From assembly GCF_000015145.1 (NCBI RefSeq), contig NC_008818.1:1290001-1322000 (forward strand): a DNA stretch of 32,000 nucleotides, given 5' to 3'. Numbering within the stretch: position 1 is the first letter of the stretch; each line of letters starts with the position of its first letter. This DNA comes from Hyperthermus butylicus DSM 5456 (GTDB lineage Archaea > Thermoproteota > Thermoprotei_A > Sulfolobales > Pyrodictiaceae). Below are positions 8,931-17,368 of this stretch, piece after piece. Below the pieces are notes generated by a model. The model saw only the letters and a program-made list of their open reading frames with translations, had not been told where the DNA came from and made no database searches. A program made the position numbers and the translations under genes.

Positions 8931-9119
8931 ATGGTGATGCGTATGCGTATTGAGCTAAAACTCGATATCAAGACATCAACAATAATAGCCTTCGTTATTG
9001 CTATTTACGGGTTTATAGTTGGTATACTTTCCGACAATACTGTCCTCCAAGCAATATCTACTGTCAATGCCATAATGCTTGCGTTACTCCTTATAAGAAT
9101 TGTAAGAGGTGAAGTCTAG
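8931..9119 (+). CDS. cedA2: Small two-TM membrane protein, CedA2-like
   Basis: 62 aa with hydrophobic segments TSTIIAFVIAIYGFIVGIL and AISTVNAIMLALLLIRIV. Starts 5 bp after cedA and its stop abuts the next start. Confidence 0.6.
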   Translation: MVMRMRIELKLDIKTSTIIAFVIAIYGFIVGILSDNTVLQAISTVNAIMLALLLIRIVRGEV

Positions 9120-10460
9120 ATGGATCCGGTCTCGCTCATCGTAGTTGCTGCTGGGGCTACAGCTATACTAGTAAACATGCTCAACAGCCGAGGCCTCATA
9201 TCATTGGGAGTGGGATTTACGAGAAAACTATCCATGCACAACAATAGTCATTGCGTGGGTAGCAGATCCGAGTGCCTGGTTGGTATAGCTGTTACTGGAA
9301 CCGAGTGCATAATGTCTATCTTTATGCGCGGTGTCTTGGAGAAGGTGATGTCTCTAGAGAATATTTGTGGTGTGATAGTCCTTGGCCGCAAAGTAGATTA
9401 TAATGCTGCTACCAGGTTACTAGAATCAAAGCTAATAATGTACCAGGTTGAGCTTGAGAGAAATCCAGCCAATACACGTGCAAAGAGAATGCTTGAGCTC
9501 CTAGAAGCTATTAGATCTGAAATAAACAAGTATAGGGATCCGGTGAACCTGCAACTCGTATTCCTCGTCTGCAAGTCGCATAGTGGTGCAGAGATAGCAG
9601 CTGTGCTTAAGCCACTAAAGTCAATGTTACAGCCATATCGCTGCAAAATATCCCTAACCAGCATATCACTTGGGGGAAATTTTCCAAGACGTGGAGGGAC
9701 AGTATTATCTGGCAGTAAGGCTCTGAGGGAACTTGGCAGAGTAGCCTTACCACTTAGTATTTTAGAGTTTGCACGTGAATCGCAGCTATCAATACCTATA
9801 GGTGTTGACCTACTTGCAGGTGGCTTCCCAATATTTCTCCCAATCCACGACGAGTATGGCGCTAGACACACGCTCGTAGTGGGTCCATCTGGTCGAGGCA
9901 AGACATATCTACTTGGAAGAATTGTAGCACTAGTACTAGCGTTGCTTCCGCATCGCGTAGTGGTGGTTGACCCGAAGGGAGACCTAGCTGGCCTCATAGA
10001 CTCTTTTTGTGGTTGCAGTGAAGTGGTAGAGGTCATTGATGATAGCGATGAAGAATACTTGTCAAGAATAGTACATGACAAAGTCAGAGAGCTACTTGAG
10101 CGCAGTCGTTACGCGGTGCTGGTTGTTGATGAAGCTTGGAGACTCGCTGGATCCCATGCACTAAACGTAGCTCTTCGCGAGGGTAGAAGCAGGGGGTTAG
10201 CAGTTATCATGGCTTCGCAGCAGCCTGGAGACTTTACGACAACACACTGGGCAAATACTAGCAATGTAATAGTATTTGGTTCAAAGGATAGAAGCTATAT
10301 CAGCCTAGTAGCGAGGTACAGCGGTATAGAGCCTAGGTCGCTAGAACACCTTACACACCTAGATATCGGCGAGGCATTGATAAGGTATAGCAATACGAGT
10401 ATCGCAATACCCTTCCGGGTTCTTGAACCACCACTGATAACAGTTAAGAGGCCTCCCTAG
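9120..10460 (+). CDS. cedB: HerA/VirB4-type ATPase, operonic CedB candidate
   Basis: 446 aa. N-terminal TM (SLIVVAAGATAILVNML), Walker A VVGPSGRGKTYLLGRI, VVVDPKGDL, Walker B YAVLVVDEAWRL, ASQQPGDF. Confidence 0.65.
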   Translation: MDPVSLIVVAAGATAILVNMLNSRGLISLGVGFTRKLSMHNNSHCVGSRSECLVGIAVTGTECIMSIFMRGVLEKVMSLENICGVIVLGRKVDYNAATRLLESKLIMYQVELERNPANTRAKRMLELLEAIRSEINKYRDPVNLQLVFLVCKSHSGAEIAAVLKPLKSMLQPYRCKISLTSISLGGNFPRRGGTVLSGSKALRELGRVALPLSILEFARESQLSIPIGVDLLAGGFPIFLPIHDEYGARHTLVVGPSGRGKTYLLGRIVALVLALLPHRVVVVDPKGDLAGLIDSFCGCSEVVEVIDDSDEEYLSRIVHDKVRELLERSRYAVLVVDEAWRLAGSHALNVALREGRSRGLAVIMASQQPGDFTTTHWANTSNVIVFGSKDRSYISLVARYSGIEPRSLEHLTHLDIGEALIRYSNTSIAIPFRVLEPPLITVKRPP

Positions 10461-10494
10461 CGCCGCCCTATAGGCTGGGATAGGTGGTAGGTAC

Positions 10495-11211
10495 ATGGGT
10501 AAGCGGCTAATAGTACAGCGTAGAGGTAAGGGCTCTCCACTATACAGAAGCCGGCCATGGCTGCACCCGGCCCCAGCAAGGTATCCGCCACTAACACCTG
10601 TAACGCTACGCGGCAGAGTCGTAGAACTAGTCCACGACCCTGGTAGATGGGTTCCACTAGCACATATAGTGCTAGAAAACGGGGATGAATTCTACATCCC
10701 AGCAGCTGAGGGCATGTATGTTGGCCAGATAATAGAGATAGGTCCTGATGCCAGGCCGGTGAATGGTAACATACTACCGGTAGGCAAGATACCGGAGGGT
10801 ACCCAGGTATATAATATTGAAATAAGGCCTGGTGATGGCGGAAAGCTCGTCAGAGCCTATGGCACCTACGCAATAATCCTTGGGCGCAGCGGAAACAAGA
10901 CGATAATACAACTGCCAAGCGGTAAGGTAAAGGAAGTACCAAACGATGCAAGAGCGACAATAGGCATAGTGGCAGGTGCAGGTAGGCTCGAAAAGCCGCT
11001 GCTCAAGGCTGGTGCAGCTTACTACAAGTGGAGTGCCAAGCCACACGTGTGGCCACGCGTACGCGGCGTAGCAATGAACGCTGTCAACCACCCACACGGT
11101 GGTGGCAGCCACCAGAGCCCAAGCTTCCCAACAACGGTATCCCGTAATGCGCCACCAGGCCGCAAGGTAGGCCACATAGCAGCACGCTCAACGGGCAGGA
11201 GGAAGAGGTAA
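10495..11211 (+). CDS. rpl2: 50S ribosomal protein L2
   Basis: Characteristic [19 protein letters not shown] and [17 protein letters not shown]. Confidence 0.97.
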   Translation: MGKRLIVQRRGKGSPLYRSRPWLHPAPARYPPLTPVTLRGRVVELVHDPGRWVPLAHIVLENGDEFYIPAAEGMYVGQIIEIGPDARPVNGNILPVGKIPEGTQVYNIEIRPGDGGKLVRAYGTYAIILGRSGNKTIIQLPSGKVKEVPNDARATIGIVAGAGRLEKPLLKAGAAYYKWSAKPHVWPRVRGVAMNAVNHPHGGGSHQSPSFPTTVSRNAPPGRKVGHIAARSTGRRKR

Positions 11212-11257
11212 TAATCGTATATTAGCACCCAGCATAGAGGGGGATGGAGGGGGTTCG

Positions 11258-11725
11258 ATGGTCCAGACACAGCTAAGGCTCGATGAGGAAATGAAGAAGT
11301 GGCTTGAAACACTGCCACCAGAGTGGAAGAAGTTCCGCTACCGTGGCTACACGCTAGAAGAACTACTGGCAATGCCCATGGATCAGTTCATAAAGCTCCT
11401 ACCAGCAAGGCAGCGCCGCAGCTTGCTAAGAGGTCTAACAGACGCGCAGCGCCGCCTCCTCTGGAAGATTAGGAAGGCAAGGCAGAAGATGCTCCAGGGC
11501 AAGAAGGTTGTAGTGAAGACGCATGTCAGGGACATGATTATACTTCCAGAAATGGTTGGTCTTACAATAGCCGTCTACAATGGCAAAGAGTTCATACCAG
11601 TAAAGATAACCCCAGAAATGATAGGCCACTATCTAGGCGAGTTCAGTCCAACATGCAAGCAGGTACAGCACGGCGAGCCAGGCCTAAAGGCTACAAGGAG
11701 CACGCTGCACGTAGCCCTCAAGTAG
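11258..11725 (+). CDS. rps19: 30S ribosomal protein S19
   Basis: [63 protein letters not shown]. Confidence 0.96.
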   Translation: MVQTQLRLDEEMKKWLETLPPEWKKFRYRGYTLEELLAMPMDQFIKLLPARQRRSLLRGLTDAQRRLLWKIRKARQKMLQGKKVVVKTHVRDMIILPEMVGLTIAVYNGKEFIPVKITPEMIGHYLGEFSPTCKQVQHGEPGLKATRSTLHVALK

Positions 11726-11848
11726 CCAATGCGAACTATCCATTTTTACTGCTATTCTGCGCCCTATTGTACGCTCTACCTTAGCCTCCAATCATAGTAT
11801 GTTACAGTCATAGTCCTAGCCTTCAGACTGCTGGAGGCTTGCGGATCA

Positions 11849-12409
11849 GTGGCATCTAGAAAGGAGATGATGAGGCTTAAATATAACATTACTTGTGCAA
11901 ACTATGATGAGCTATATGGGGAGGAGCAGCGAGAAAAGTATGAGTGTACACTACGCAAAACCCCAGGAATAAAAGGGATAATCCTTGACGATGGATGTGG
12001 AACGGCATTGTTTGTCGAGTTTCTCAAAGAGAAGAACATGATAAAAACAATCAAGTCCTACATCTGTCTAGACTTAACACCTTGTATGCTAGACAAGGCT
12101 AGAGAGAGAATAGAGAGGCTCAATATAGGCCATATCATCGACCTAGTAGAGGCTGATGCTGAACACATACCTCTCAGAAGCAAGTCGGTAGACTACACGT
12201 TCTCATTCACGGTAATAGACCTGCTCGAGGACATAAAGCAAGGCGTAAATGAGATAGACCGTGTGACAAGAATCAGAGCCTACGTGTCAAGTCTAAAGAA
12301 GGCGAGCAACACCATGATAAAGCCGGCAGCAAAGAAGTATGGATTAACACTCTGCGAAACCAGCAAGGACATAGTATTTATGCGAGAAACGAAAAGCTCA
12401 GCTGGTTGA
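11849..12409 (+). CDS. Class I SAM-dependent methyltransferase
   Basis: ILDDGCGTALFVEFL (motif I), ICLDLTPCMLDKARERIE, VEADAEHIPLRSKSVDYTFSFTVIDLL. The start may be the ATG near 11867. Confidence 0.8.
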   Translation: MASRKEMMRLKYNITCANYDELYGEEQREKYECTLRKTPGIKGIILDDGCGTALFVEFLKEKNMIKTIKSYICLDLTPCMLDKARERIERLNIGHIIDLVEADAEHIPLRSKSVDYTFSFTVIDLLEDIKQGVNEIDRVTRIRAYVSSLKKASNTMIKPAAKKYGLTLCETSKDIVFMRETKSSAG

Positions 12410-12451
12410 TCCCTCATCATATCCCTCCTCAGCCTATCGGGCTCGCATCAT
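12398..12451 (-). ncRNA. Candidate double-guide C/D-box sRNA (B), probable 16S rRNA 5'-end target
   Basis: Minus strand: C ATGATGC(12451-12445), 12 nt gagcccgatagg, D' CTGA(12432-12429), 8 nt, C' ATGATGA(12420-12414), 12 nt gggatcaaccag, D CTGA(12401-12398). Two base pairs of terminal stem. The D guide is complementary to GGTTGATCCC of archaeal 16S. Confidence 0.75.
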
Positions 12452-12942
12452 CGCAGGGAAGGATTATTCCCGTGCTGACACCTCTCCACTGCGGGCACAA
12501 GATACTTCTTAACCATAGACTTAACAAGCTCGTATACTTTGGGCGAGAACTCTATCACAATACGCTCACCGTTACGTAACACAAGCTCTAGCTTAGCGGG
12601 CTCAACCTCCTGACCTCCCGGACGCCTTTCAGCTCTCTTCGCAATGCTTCGCCTTGGCGAGGGCTTAGAAATGTTATAGCTTTTTATGTCGCAGTATCTT
12701 ATCACAATATCATAGGGCTCTGAAGCTTCGCCTACGCGTCGGCGCTTCTTCCTCAACGAGTATATGAACATGTCTACGCGTTGCTGAAGCCCCGTTCTTG
12801 GCCTCATACGCTCCCAAAACTCTCCAAGATAGACTAGCCTTAACTCGTCATCCTCAAACAGCATGTCGTAGTGTATTCTGTCAGGACCGCGTCTAACCCA
12901 GACACTGTACACAATTCTGTCCTCGCTAGGAGAAGACACCAT
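12448..12942 (-). CDS. Hypothetical protein, 164 aa
   Basis: Full-length ORF with regular composition (IVYSVWVRRGPDRIHYDMLFEDDELRLVYLGEFWERM...). Its TGA stop lies inside the C box of sRNA B. Confidence 0.65.
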   Translation of the reverse strand: MVSSPSEDRIVYSVWVRRGPDRIHYDMLFEDDELRLVYLGEFWERMRPRTGLQQRVDMFIYSLRKKRRRVGEASEPYDIVIRYCDIKSYNISKPSPRRSIAKRAERRPGGQEVEPAKLELVLRNGERIVIEFSPKVYELVKSMVKKYLVPAVERCQHGNNPSLR

Positions 12943-13085
12943 AACCCCCGACTAGCAATAGAATAACACCCCAGCATATAGTTCTCAGCCAGCAGCATAA
13001 CCTCGGGTCGCATTGTAGGGTTTTCACAACCGCTAGGAGTAATAGAGGGGTAAGCTACGTAGCTCTGATGGGGGGTTGAGGTATT

Positions 13086-14087
13086 GTGGAAAGGGATGTT
13101 GAGAAGGAGTTACTCTACAGGCTGGGGCTCGGCGAGAGTAGCGGGAGGGAGTCTTCTGCTGTTGATATTGAGGGGAAGGTCAGGCAGATCTATGGCCAGC
13201 TGGTAGCAGAGTATAGTGGCAAGCCTGTTCGAAACCCCTATGAGATACAGAGGCTTCTCCGCGATCGCTACAAGCTGCTCGTGAGCGAGAACTTGGTAAA
13301 GCTTGTTGTAGCAGCATTTCTAGCAGGGAGGCCGGTCCTTTTCGAAGGGCCCCCAGGTACTGGTAAGACGGAGATAGCTGAAGCCATACTAACACTGTGG
13401 GCGGGAAAACAAGCATTCATAATAACGTGTAGCGAGAACTACGACGAGTATAGGGTTATAGGAGACTTCCACCCACTCATGGCACTAAGATATGGATTTA
13501 ACGAGGCGAGTTTTATTCCAAGACCCTTGCTTGCAGCCCTAATACTTGATGCTGGTGTTCTAGTAGACGAGATAAGACGTAGTAGCGAGGAGCTTCAGAA
13601 CCTCCTACTAGACATCATTGATAAGCGGCGTATAATAGTGCCGGAGATACGTAGAGTGTTTAGGGCTAGAGGTATCGGGTTCCAGATGATATTTACCAGC
13701 AACCCCGAGGACTTTGCTCAGAATGAGCTGAGCGATGCCTTCCTAAGGCGTGTTGTAAGAATACCGTTTAGATACCCATCACCCGAGGAGGAGGCGGAAA
13801 TAGTGAGGCTGAGATATGACGTAGAAGTGGAACTCGAACCAAGCTTACTCAAGGCCATGATAATGACCGTAAACATTCTACGCGAAAAGGCAGCCTATAA
13901 GCCAGGTCCCTCGGATACTGTTCTCTGGGCAAGAATTGCTGGTAGGCTCGCAAAGCTACGTGGTGCGAATAAGGTAGAGATGCGGGACGTTGTTGAGGCA
14001 GCAGTAATAACGTTGTATAAGCGTGTAGGGGAGGAGGACATAGTTGATGAAGCACTCGAAAAAGTTTTTGGGCAAAAACCAGGGTGA
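13086..14087 (+). CDS. MoxR-family AAA+ ATPase
   Basis: LFEGPPGTGKTEIAEAIL, AGVLVDEIRRSSEELQNLLLDIIDKRR, IFTSNPEDFAQNELSDAFLRRVVRIPF. Confidence 0.9.
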   Translation: MERDVEKELLYRLGLGESSGRESSAVDIEGKVRQIYGQLVAEYSGKPVRNPYEIQRLLRDRYKLLVSENLVKLVVAAFLAGRPVLFEGPPGTGKTEIAEAILTLWAGKQAFIITCSENYDEYRVIGDFHPLMALRYGFNEASFIPRPLLAALILDAGVLVDEIRRSSEELQNLLLDIIDKRRIIVPEIRRVFRARGIGFQMIFTSNPEDFAQNELSDAFLRRVVRIPFRYPSPEEEAEIVRLRYDVEVELEPSLLKAMIMTVNILREKAAYKPGPSDTVLWARIAGRLAKLRGANKVEMRDVVEAAVITLYKRVGEEDIVDEALEKVFGQKPG

Positions 14088-16056
14088 AGAAGCTGACTAC
14101 AAAGCACTGTCTCTCGCTGTAGCGGAGGCTGCACGCCGGGCAGGTGTACGAGTCTCAACCTCCGAGGTTGTCGACGCAGCTAGGCTGCTAGCACTCTACG
14201 CTGCCATCTCGTCGAAGCCTCTATCACTCGAAGACTATGTAGCAGTATTCACATCAGTGTATGCTAAGAGAGGTGAAGACGAGCAGGTAGTTGTAGAGGC
14301 CGTAAAGAGGGTAATTATCGGTCCTGAGGCTGGGAGAGCTAGTGTAGAGCAGCGGATCAAAAGGGATCTTGAAGCTCTAGGGCTAGATTACGGTGATAAA
14401 ATATCAAGACACAAGCTTTCAAGTCTAAAGAAAAGCGATAGGGCGCGCACGGCTTATGCAAGGCTAAAACTCCTAGGGATAATAAGGCGTAGTCGCCATG
14501 GCGAGTATGTTGTCTCGCAGGAGAAGGCCAAGAGGATAATGGGTGAGATAGCCAGGCGATACGGAGATATAGATAATGCGCTCGCAGAAGCTATAGCAAA
14601 CAGTATAGCTAGAAACACGAGTCTCGCCAGCCTTCTGGGGTCAGAGCTACTCAAATACCTCGACCTTGAGAGTCTGAATCTCGCGACATTAGCGAAGCTA
14701 TACAGTAATCTACACAGGGAGAAGTGGCTGCAGAAGGTAATAACGGGCATAATTAGCCGGAAAATTGCTGAGGGAGAAACACCGCCAAACCCTGAGAGGA
14801 TATACGACATCTTAAGACGTGAAGGTATGGATAGTCGTGTTCTAGCAGGTTTGCTTCGTAGTAATCCACGCCTTGCAGCTAGAGCTGCAAAAGACTATGG
14901 CTTCCAGACAGTCCTAGATATAGCGTCGTCGATTGCTAGCTACGACTCCCAGAGAGCAGCAGAAATACTTGCACATGCTAGCGGGCTTAAGCAGAGCCAG
15001 AAAACATTCCTACGCAACTACATCACGAGGCTTGGAGTAACCTATGCGCTCGAGCTTGCAAAGCATACTGGTGTAGCTCAGCTTCTAGCAAGAGCTGTCC
15101 AGGTAAGGGAGAGTTTGATTCGAAGCCTCTCAAGGCCCGAGGAAGCCCCAGCTCATCTTGACATGGCTCTTGCAGAGTACGAAAAGCTAGTATCTGAATA
15201 CAATTCCGCAAGCAGCGAGATACCAGACCGTCTACGCAATATTATAGAGGGGGAGATTAGGAGCCTTGCTAGCCTAGTACATGCTGCAAGCACAGGCAAC
15301 ACATATGCTCTTCTTAAGGGGTTAACGCGGCAGCTACCAGTTTGGCAGGCCCTACAATTCCTAACAGATGTTGCTTCAGCAAGTAGTGACCCGAAAACAA
15401 AGAGGTATGCGTTAATGCTAGCTCTACTAACGTGGAAGAGGGCAGTATCGACGACGGGACCAAGGCTCTCTAGGAGGCGGAAATATACGGTTACCCGTGG
15501 AAGACTCGATGCTAGAAAGGCTATCTACGGGATACTCCGCTTTGACCCCTACACTCCAATATACCGTAGGAGGGTTAGGACAGCACGCTACGTCGTGGTA
15601 CTAGACAAGAGTGGTAGCATGCGTGAATATTCACTAACAGCGCTATTAGCCTCAGCTTCTCTCGCGCCAGCCATAACAAGGCTAGTCCTCTTCGACAGTG
15701 AGGTAAGGGTAATCGATAGGCTTGAACAAGCATCTGTCCCGAAAATAATATCCCTGCTCTTTAAGACAAGCTTTGAAGGCTATACAGACGTCGTGCGCGC
15801 TCTCGAAGAGTCAACCCGTGGGCTGGCACCCTCAAAACTGGTGGTGATAAGCGACTTGCATCAAACGGTGCCATCCAGAAAATCTGTTGACGAGGTACTC
15901 CGAGGTATGAGAACGTCTGGATGGCGTATAGCGGTAGTAGCTCCGCCAACGTTGGATCCGCGGTTGGCAAGGAGGATAACTGGTATTGTAAAATTATACA
16001 CGGTGTCAAAACCAGCTGATGTAGCTCGTGTTATAAGGAGGCTAATAGCTGCTTAG
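14044..16056 (+). CDS. VWA (CoxE-like) domain protein, MoxR partner
   Basis: C-terminal MIDAS-type VVVLDKSGSMREYS and LVVISDLHQ. Overlaps the MoxR gene by about 44 nt; the true start may be the downstream in-frame TTG. Confidence 0.8.
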   Translation: MMKHSKKFLGKNQGEEADYKALSLAVAEAARRAGVRVSTSEVVDAARLLALYAAISSKPLSLEDYVAVFTSVYAKRGEDEQVVVEAVKRVIIGPEAGRASVEQRIKRDLEALGLDYGDKISRHKLSSLKKSDRARTAYARLKLLGIIRRSRHGEYVVSQEKAKRIMGEIARRYGDIDNALAEAIANSIARNTSLASLLGSELLKYLDLESLNLATLAKLYSNLHREKWLQKVITGIISRKIAEGETPPNPERIYDILRREGMDSRVLAGLLRSNPRLAARAAKDYGFQTVLDIASSIASYDSQRAAEILAHASGLKQSQKTFLRNYITRLGVTYALELAKHTGVAQLLARAVQVRESLIRSLSRPEEAPAHLDMALAEYEKLVSEYNSASSEIPDRLRNIIEGEIRSLASLVHAASTGNTYALLKGLTRQLPVWQALQFLTDVASASSDPKTKRYALMLALLTWKRAVSTTGPRLSRRRKYTVTRGRLDARKAIYGILRFDPYTPIYRRRVRTARYVVVLDKSGSMREYSLTALLASASLAPAITRLVLFDSEVRVIDRLEQASVPKIISLLFKTSFEGYTDVVRALEESTRGLAPSKLVVISDLHQTVPSRKSVDEVLRGMRTSGWRIAVVAPPTLDPRLARRITGIVKLYTVSKPADVARVIRRLIAA

Positions 16057-16316
16057 CGGCTAGCATCAACCACGTAGACTTTAATGCCAAAGACGGTATC
16101 GTCAGCAGCTCTTCTAATTACCTCCTCAACAGTCTTCTTCGCCTCCTCCAGGTTGTCCTCAACCCTGACATCAACGTAGTAGAGTTCCGGTACGACCCTT
16201 GAACGTTCAACTCTTAAGTCGTAGCCTAGGCTCTTAAGCGCTGATAATATCTTCTCAGCGGACTCCTCGTAGTAGGTGTTAAAGAACACTCTAATAGCCC
16301 GCACAGCCCGGGTCAA
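16053..16316 (-). CDS. Hypothetical small protein, 87 aa
   Basis: VRAIRVFFNTYYEESAEKILSALKSLGYDLRVERSRVVPELYYVDVRVEDNLEEAKKTVEEVI. Same strand as and 3 nt from the next gene. Confidence 0.65.
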   Translation of the reverse strand: MTRAVRAIRVFFNTYYEESAEKILSALKSLGYDLRVERSRVVPELYYVDVRVEDNLEEAKKTVEEVIRRAADDTVFGIKVYVVDASR

Positions 16317-16319
16317 GGC

Positions 16320-16913
16320 CTAGCCGAACCTCGCAATATACTCGTCAATGTCGTATATCCTTCGGCAGCGGGAATTAAGCTCTTCCACGGCTACTGGCTC
16401 AAAACCCTTCTCGCGTAGAAACCTCATGATGCTATGCCACTCTACTAGAACCTCTGTAGCAGCTTGAAACTCTCCCGGGAAAACCCTCGCTATAAGCTCG
16501 GGCTTAGCCGCTAGCATTTCTAGGAGTTTTCCACCAGCCTTCTCAACCCACAAGCACTTACGTGACACCATAAGTCTGCCAGTGGGCATCTCGAGCAGCA
16601 ATGGATACATCCTACACGCGAGTGGCTTTACGCCGTGAATCCTACACCGTTTTGTAGAGGTGTCGAAGAACGGGCAAAACCCCTTGATAAGCCAGCGATA
16701 TAGCAATACAACGCAGTCACCGTCTGTGCTGGCGTAGGCTTGTAGAGGCTTAAAGCTGACAGCTACAGAGTACTCCTCCGCAAGGTCCTCTAAAACCCTC
16801 TTCTCCCACGGAAAGACGACTGGTGCCTCATACTCCTCGCGGAAGAAGCAACAAGTATCACAGAATAGGCACGTAAACCTGGGTACACTCCCGCTAGCCT
16901 CAGACCCCGCCAA
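16320..16913 (-). CDS. YkgJ-type Cys-cluster (zinc/iron-chelating) protein
   Basis: FTCLFCDTCCFF...GFCPFF...CRIHGVKPLACRMYPLLLE. Confidence 0.8.
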   Translation of the reverse strand: MAGSEASGSVPRFTCLFCDTCCFFREEYEAPVVFPWEKRVLEDLAEEYSVAVSFKPLQAYASTDGDCVVLLYRWLIKGFCPFFDTSTKRCRIHGVKPLACRMYPLLLEMPTGRLMVSRKCLWVEKAGGKLLEMLAAKPELIARVFPGEFQAATEVLVEWHSIMRFLREKGFEPVAVEELNSRCRRIYDIDEYIARFG

Positions 16914-16956
16914 CGCTACTCACCACAGAGCAGTGCTATGATACCACTAGAACCTC

Positions 16957-17014
16957 GTGATGAGGGGTGCAAACGCCTAGCCCGCAGCGGCTGTGACGAG
17001 TTGAACCCGGCTGA
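16957..17014 (+). ncRNA. Weaker candidate C/D-box sRNA (D)
   Basis: C GTGATGA(16957-16963), C' GTGACGA(16993-16999), 11-nt guide gttgaacccgg, D CTGA(17011-17014), 3-bp terminal stem (one G-U). No clear D' box or TATA box. Confidence 0.3.
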
Positions 17015-17019
17015 GGGCC

Positions 17020-17077
17020 TCAGTAGAAGGGGTATTTCAGCACGTAGCCCCGCTTCAGCACTCGGCAAACACATCAC
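17020..17077 (-). ncRNA. Candidate double-guide C/D-box sRNA (C), probable 23S rRNA target
   Basis: Minus strand: C GTGATGT(17077-17071), 12 nt gtttgccgagtg, D' CTGA(17058-17055), 11 nt, C' GTGCTGA(17043-17037), 13 nt aataccccttcta, D CTGA(17023-17020). Flanking GGCC/GGCC forms a 4-bp terminal stem. Confidence 0.75.
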
Positions 17078-17106
17078 TGGCCATATAGACACATGAGCTG
17101 TGGACG

Positions 17107-17117
17107 GATTTATTAGG
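17107..17117 (-). promoter_or_regulatory. TATA-like element for candidate sRNA C
   Basis: Minus-strand CTAATAAATCC about 25-30 nt upstream of the terminal stem at 17082. Confidence 0.4.
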
Positions 17118-17368
17118 CATACTCGCTCTGCCTCCGTCTAGTGGAGGTGCTCAAGGCATGGGTGGTAGGCAGCGCACAAGCTTGTTCATGACACGTGAGG
17201 AAAGCAAGGCAAGCAAGCAGGCTCGGAGAAAGGGCAAGACGAAGTAGCAACTACAGCATAGTGGTAGTTTTTAAGCTTCTAGCTATCCGGATTCTGTGTT
17301 TCTCATCTTTCTGGTGTACAACGGGTAGCCTGACAGCCTCTCCGTCCTCTCTGTGGGGTGTAGTGAGG

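Noticed and set aside
8942-8990. GTGATGC C-box-like motif at the cedA/cedA2 junction
   Set aside because: No acceptable D' or D box at the required spacing; lies in coding DNA.
9398-10081. 227-aa minus-strand ORF opposite the HerA-like ATPase
   Set aside because: Low-complexity Ser/Thr/Pro composition, fully antisense to a motif-confirmed ATPase. Typical shadow ORF.
10457-11372. Several ORFs overlapping L2 (10457-10663, 10774-11175, 11022-11372)
   Set aside because: Overlap unmistakable L2 and S19 coding sequence; composition (Trp/Cys/His-rich) is that of shadow frames.
14044-14810. Minus-strand ORF 14454-14810 and similar ORFs opposite the MoxR/VWA genes
   Set aside because: Antisense to well-supported genes, no domain motifs.
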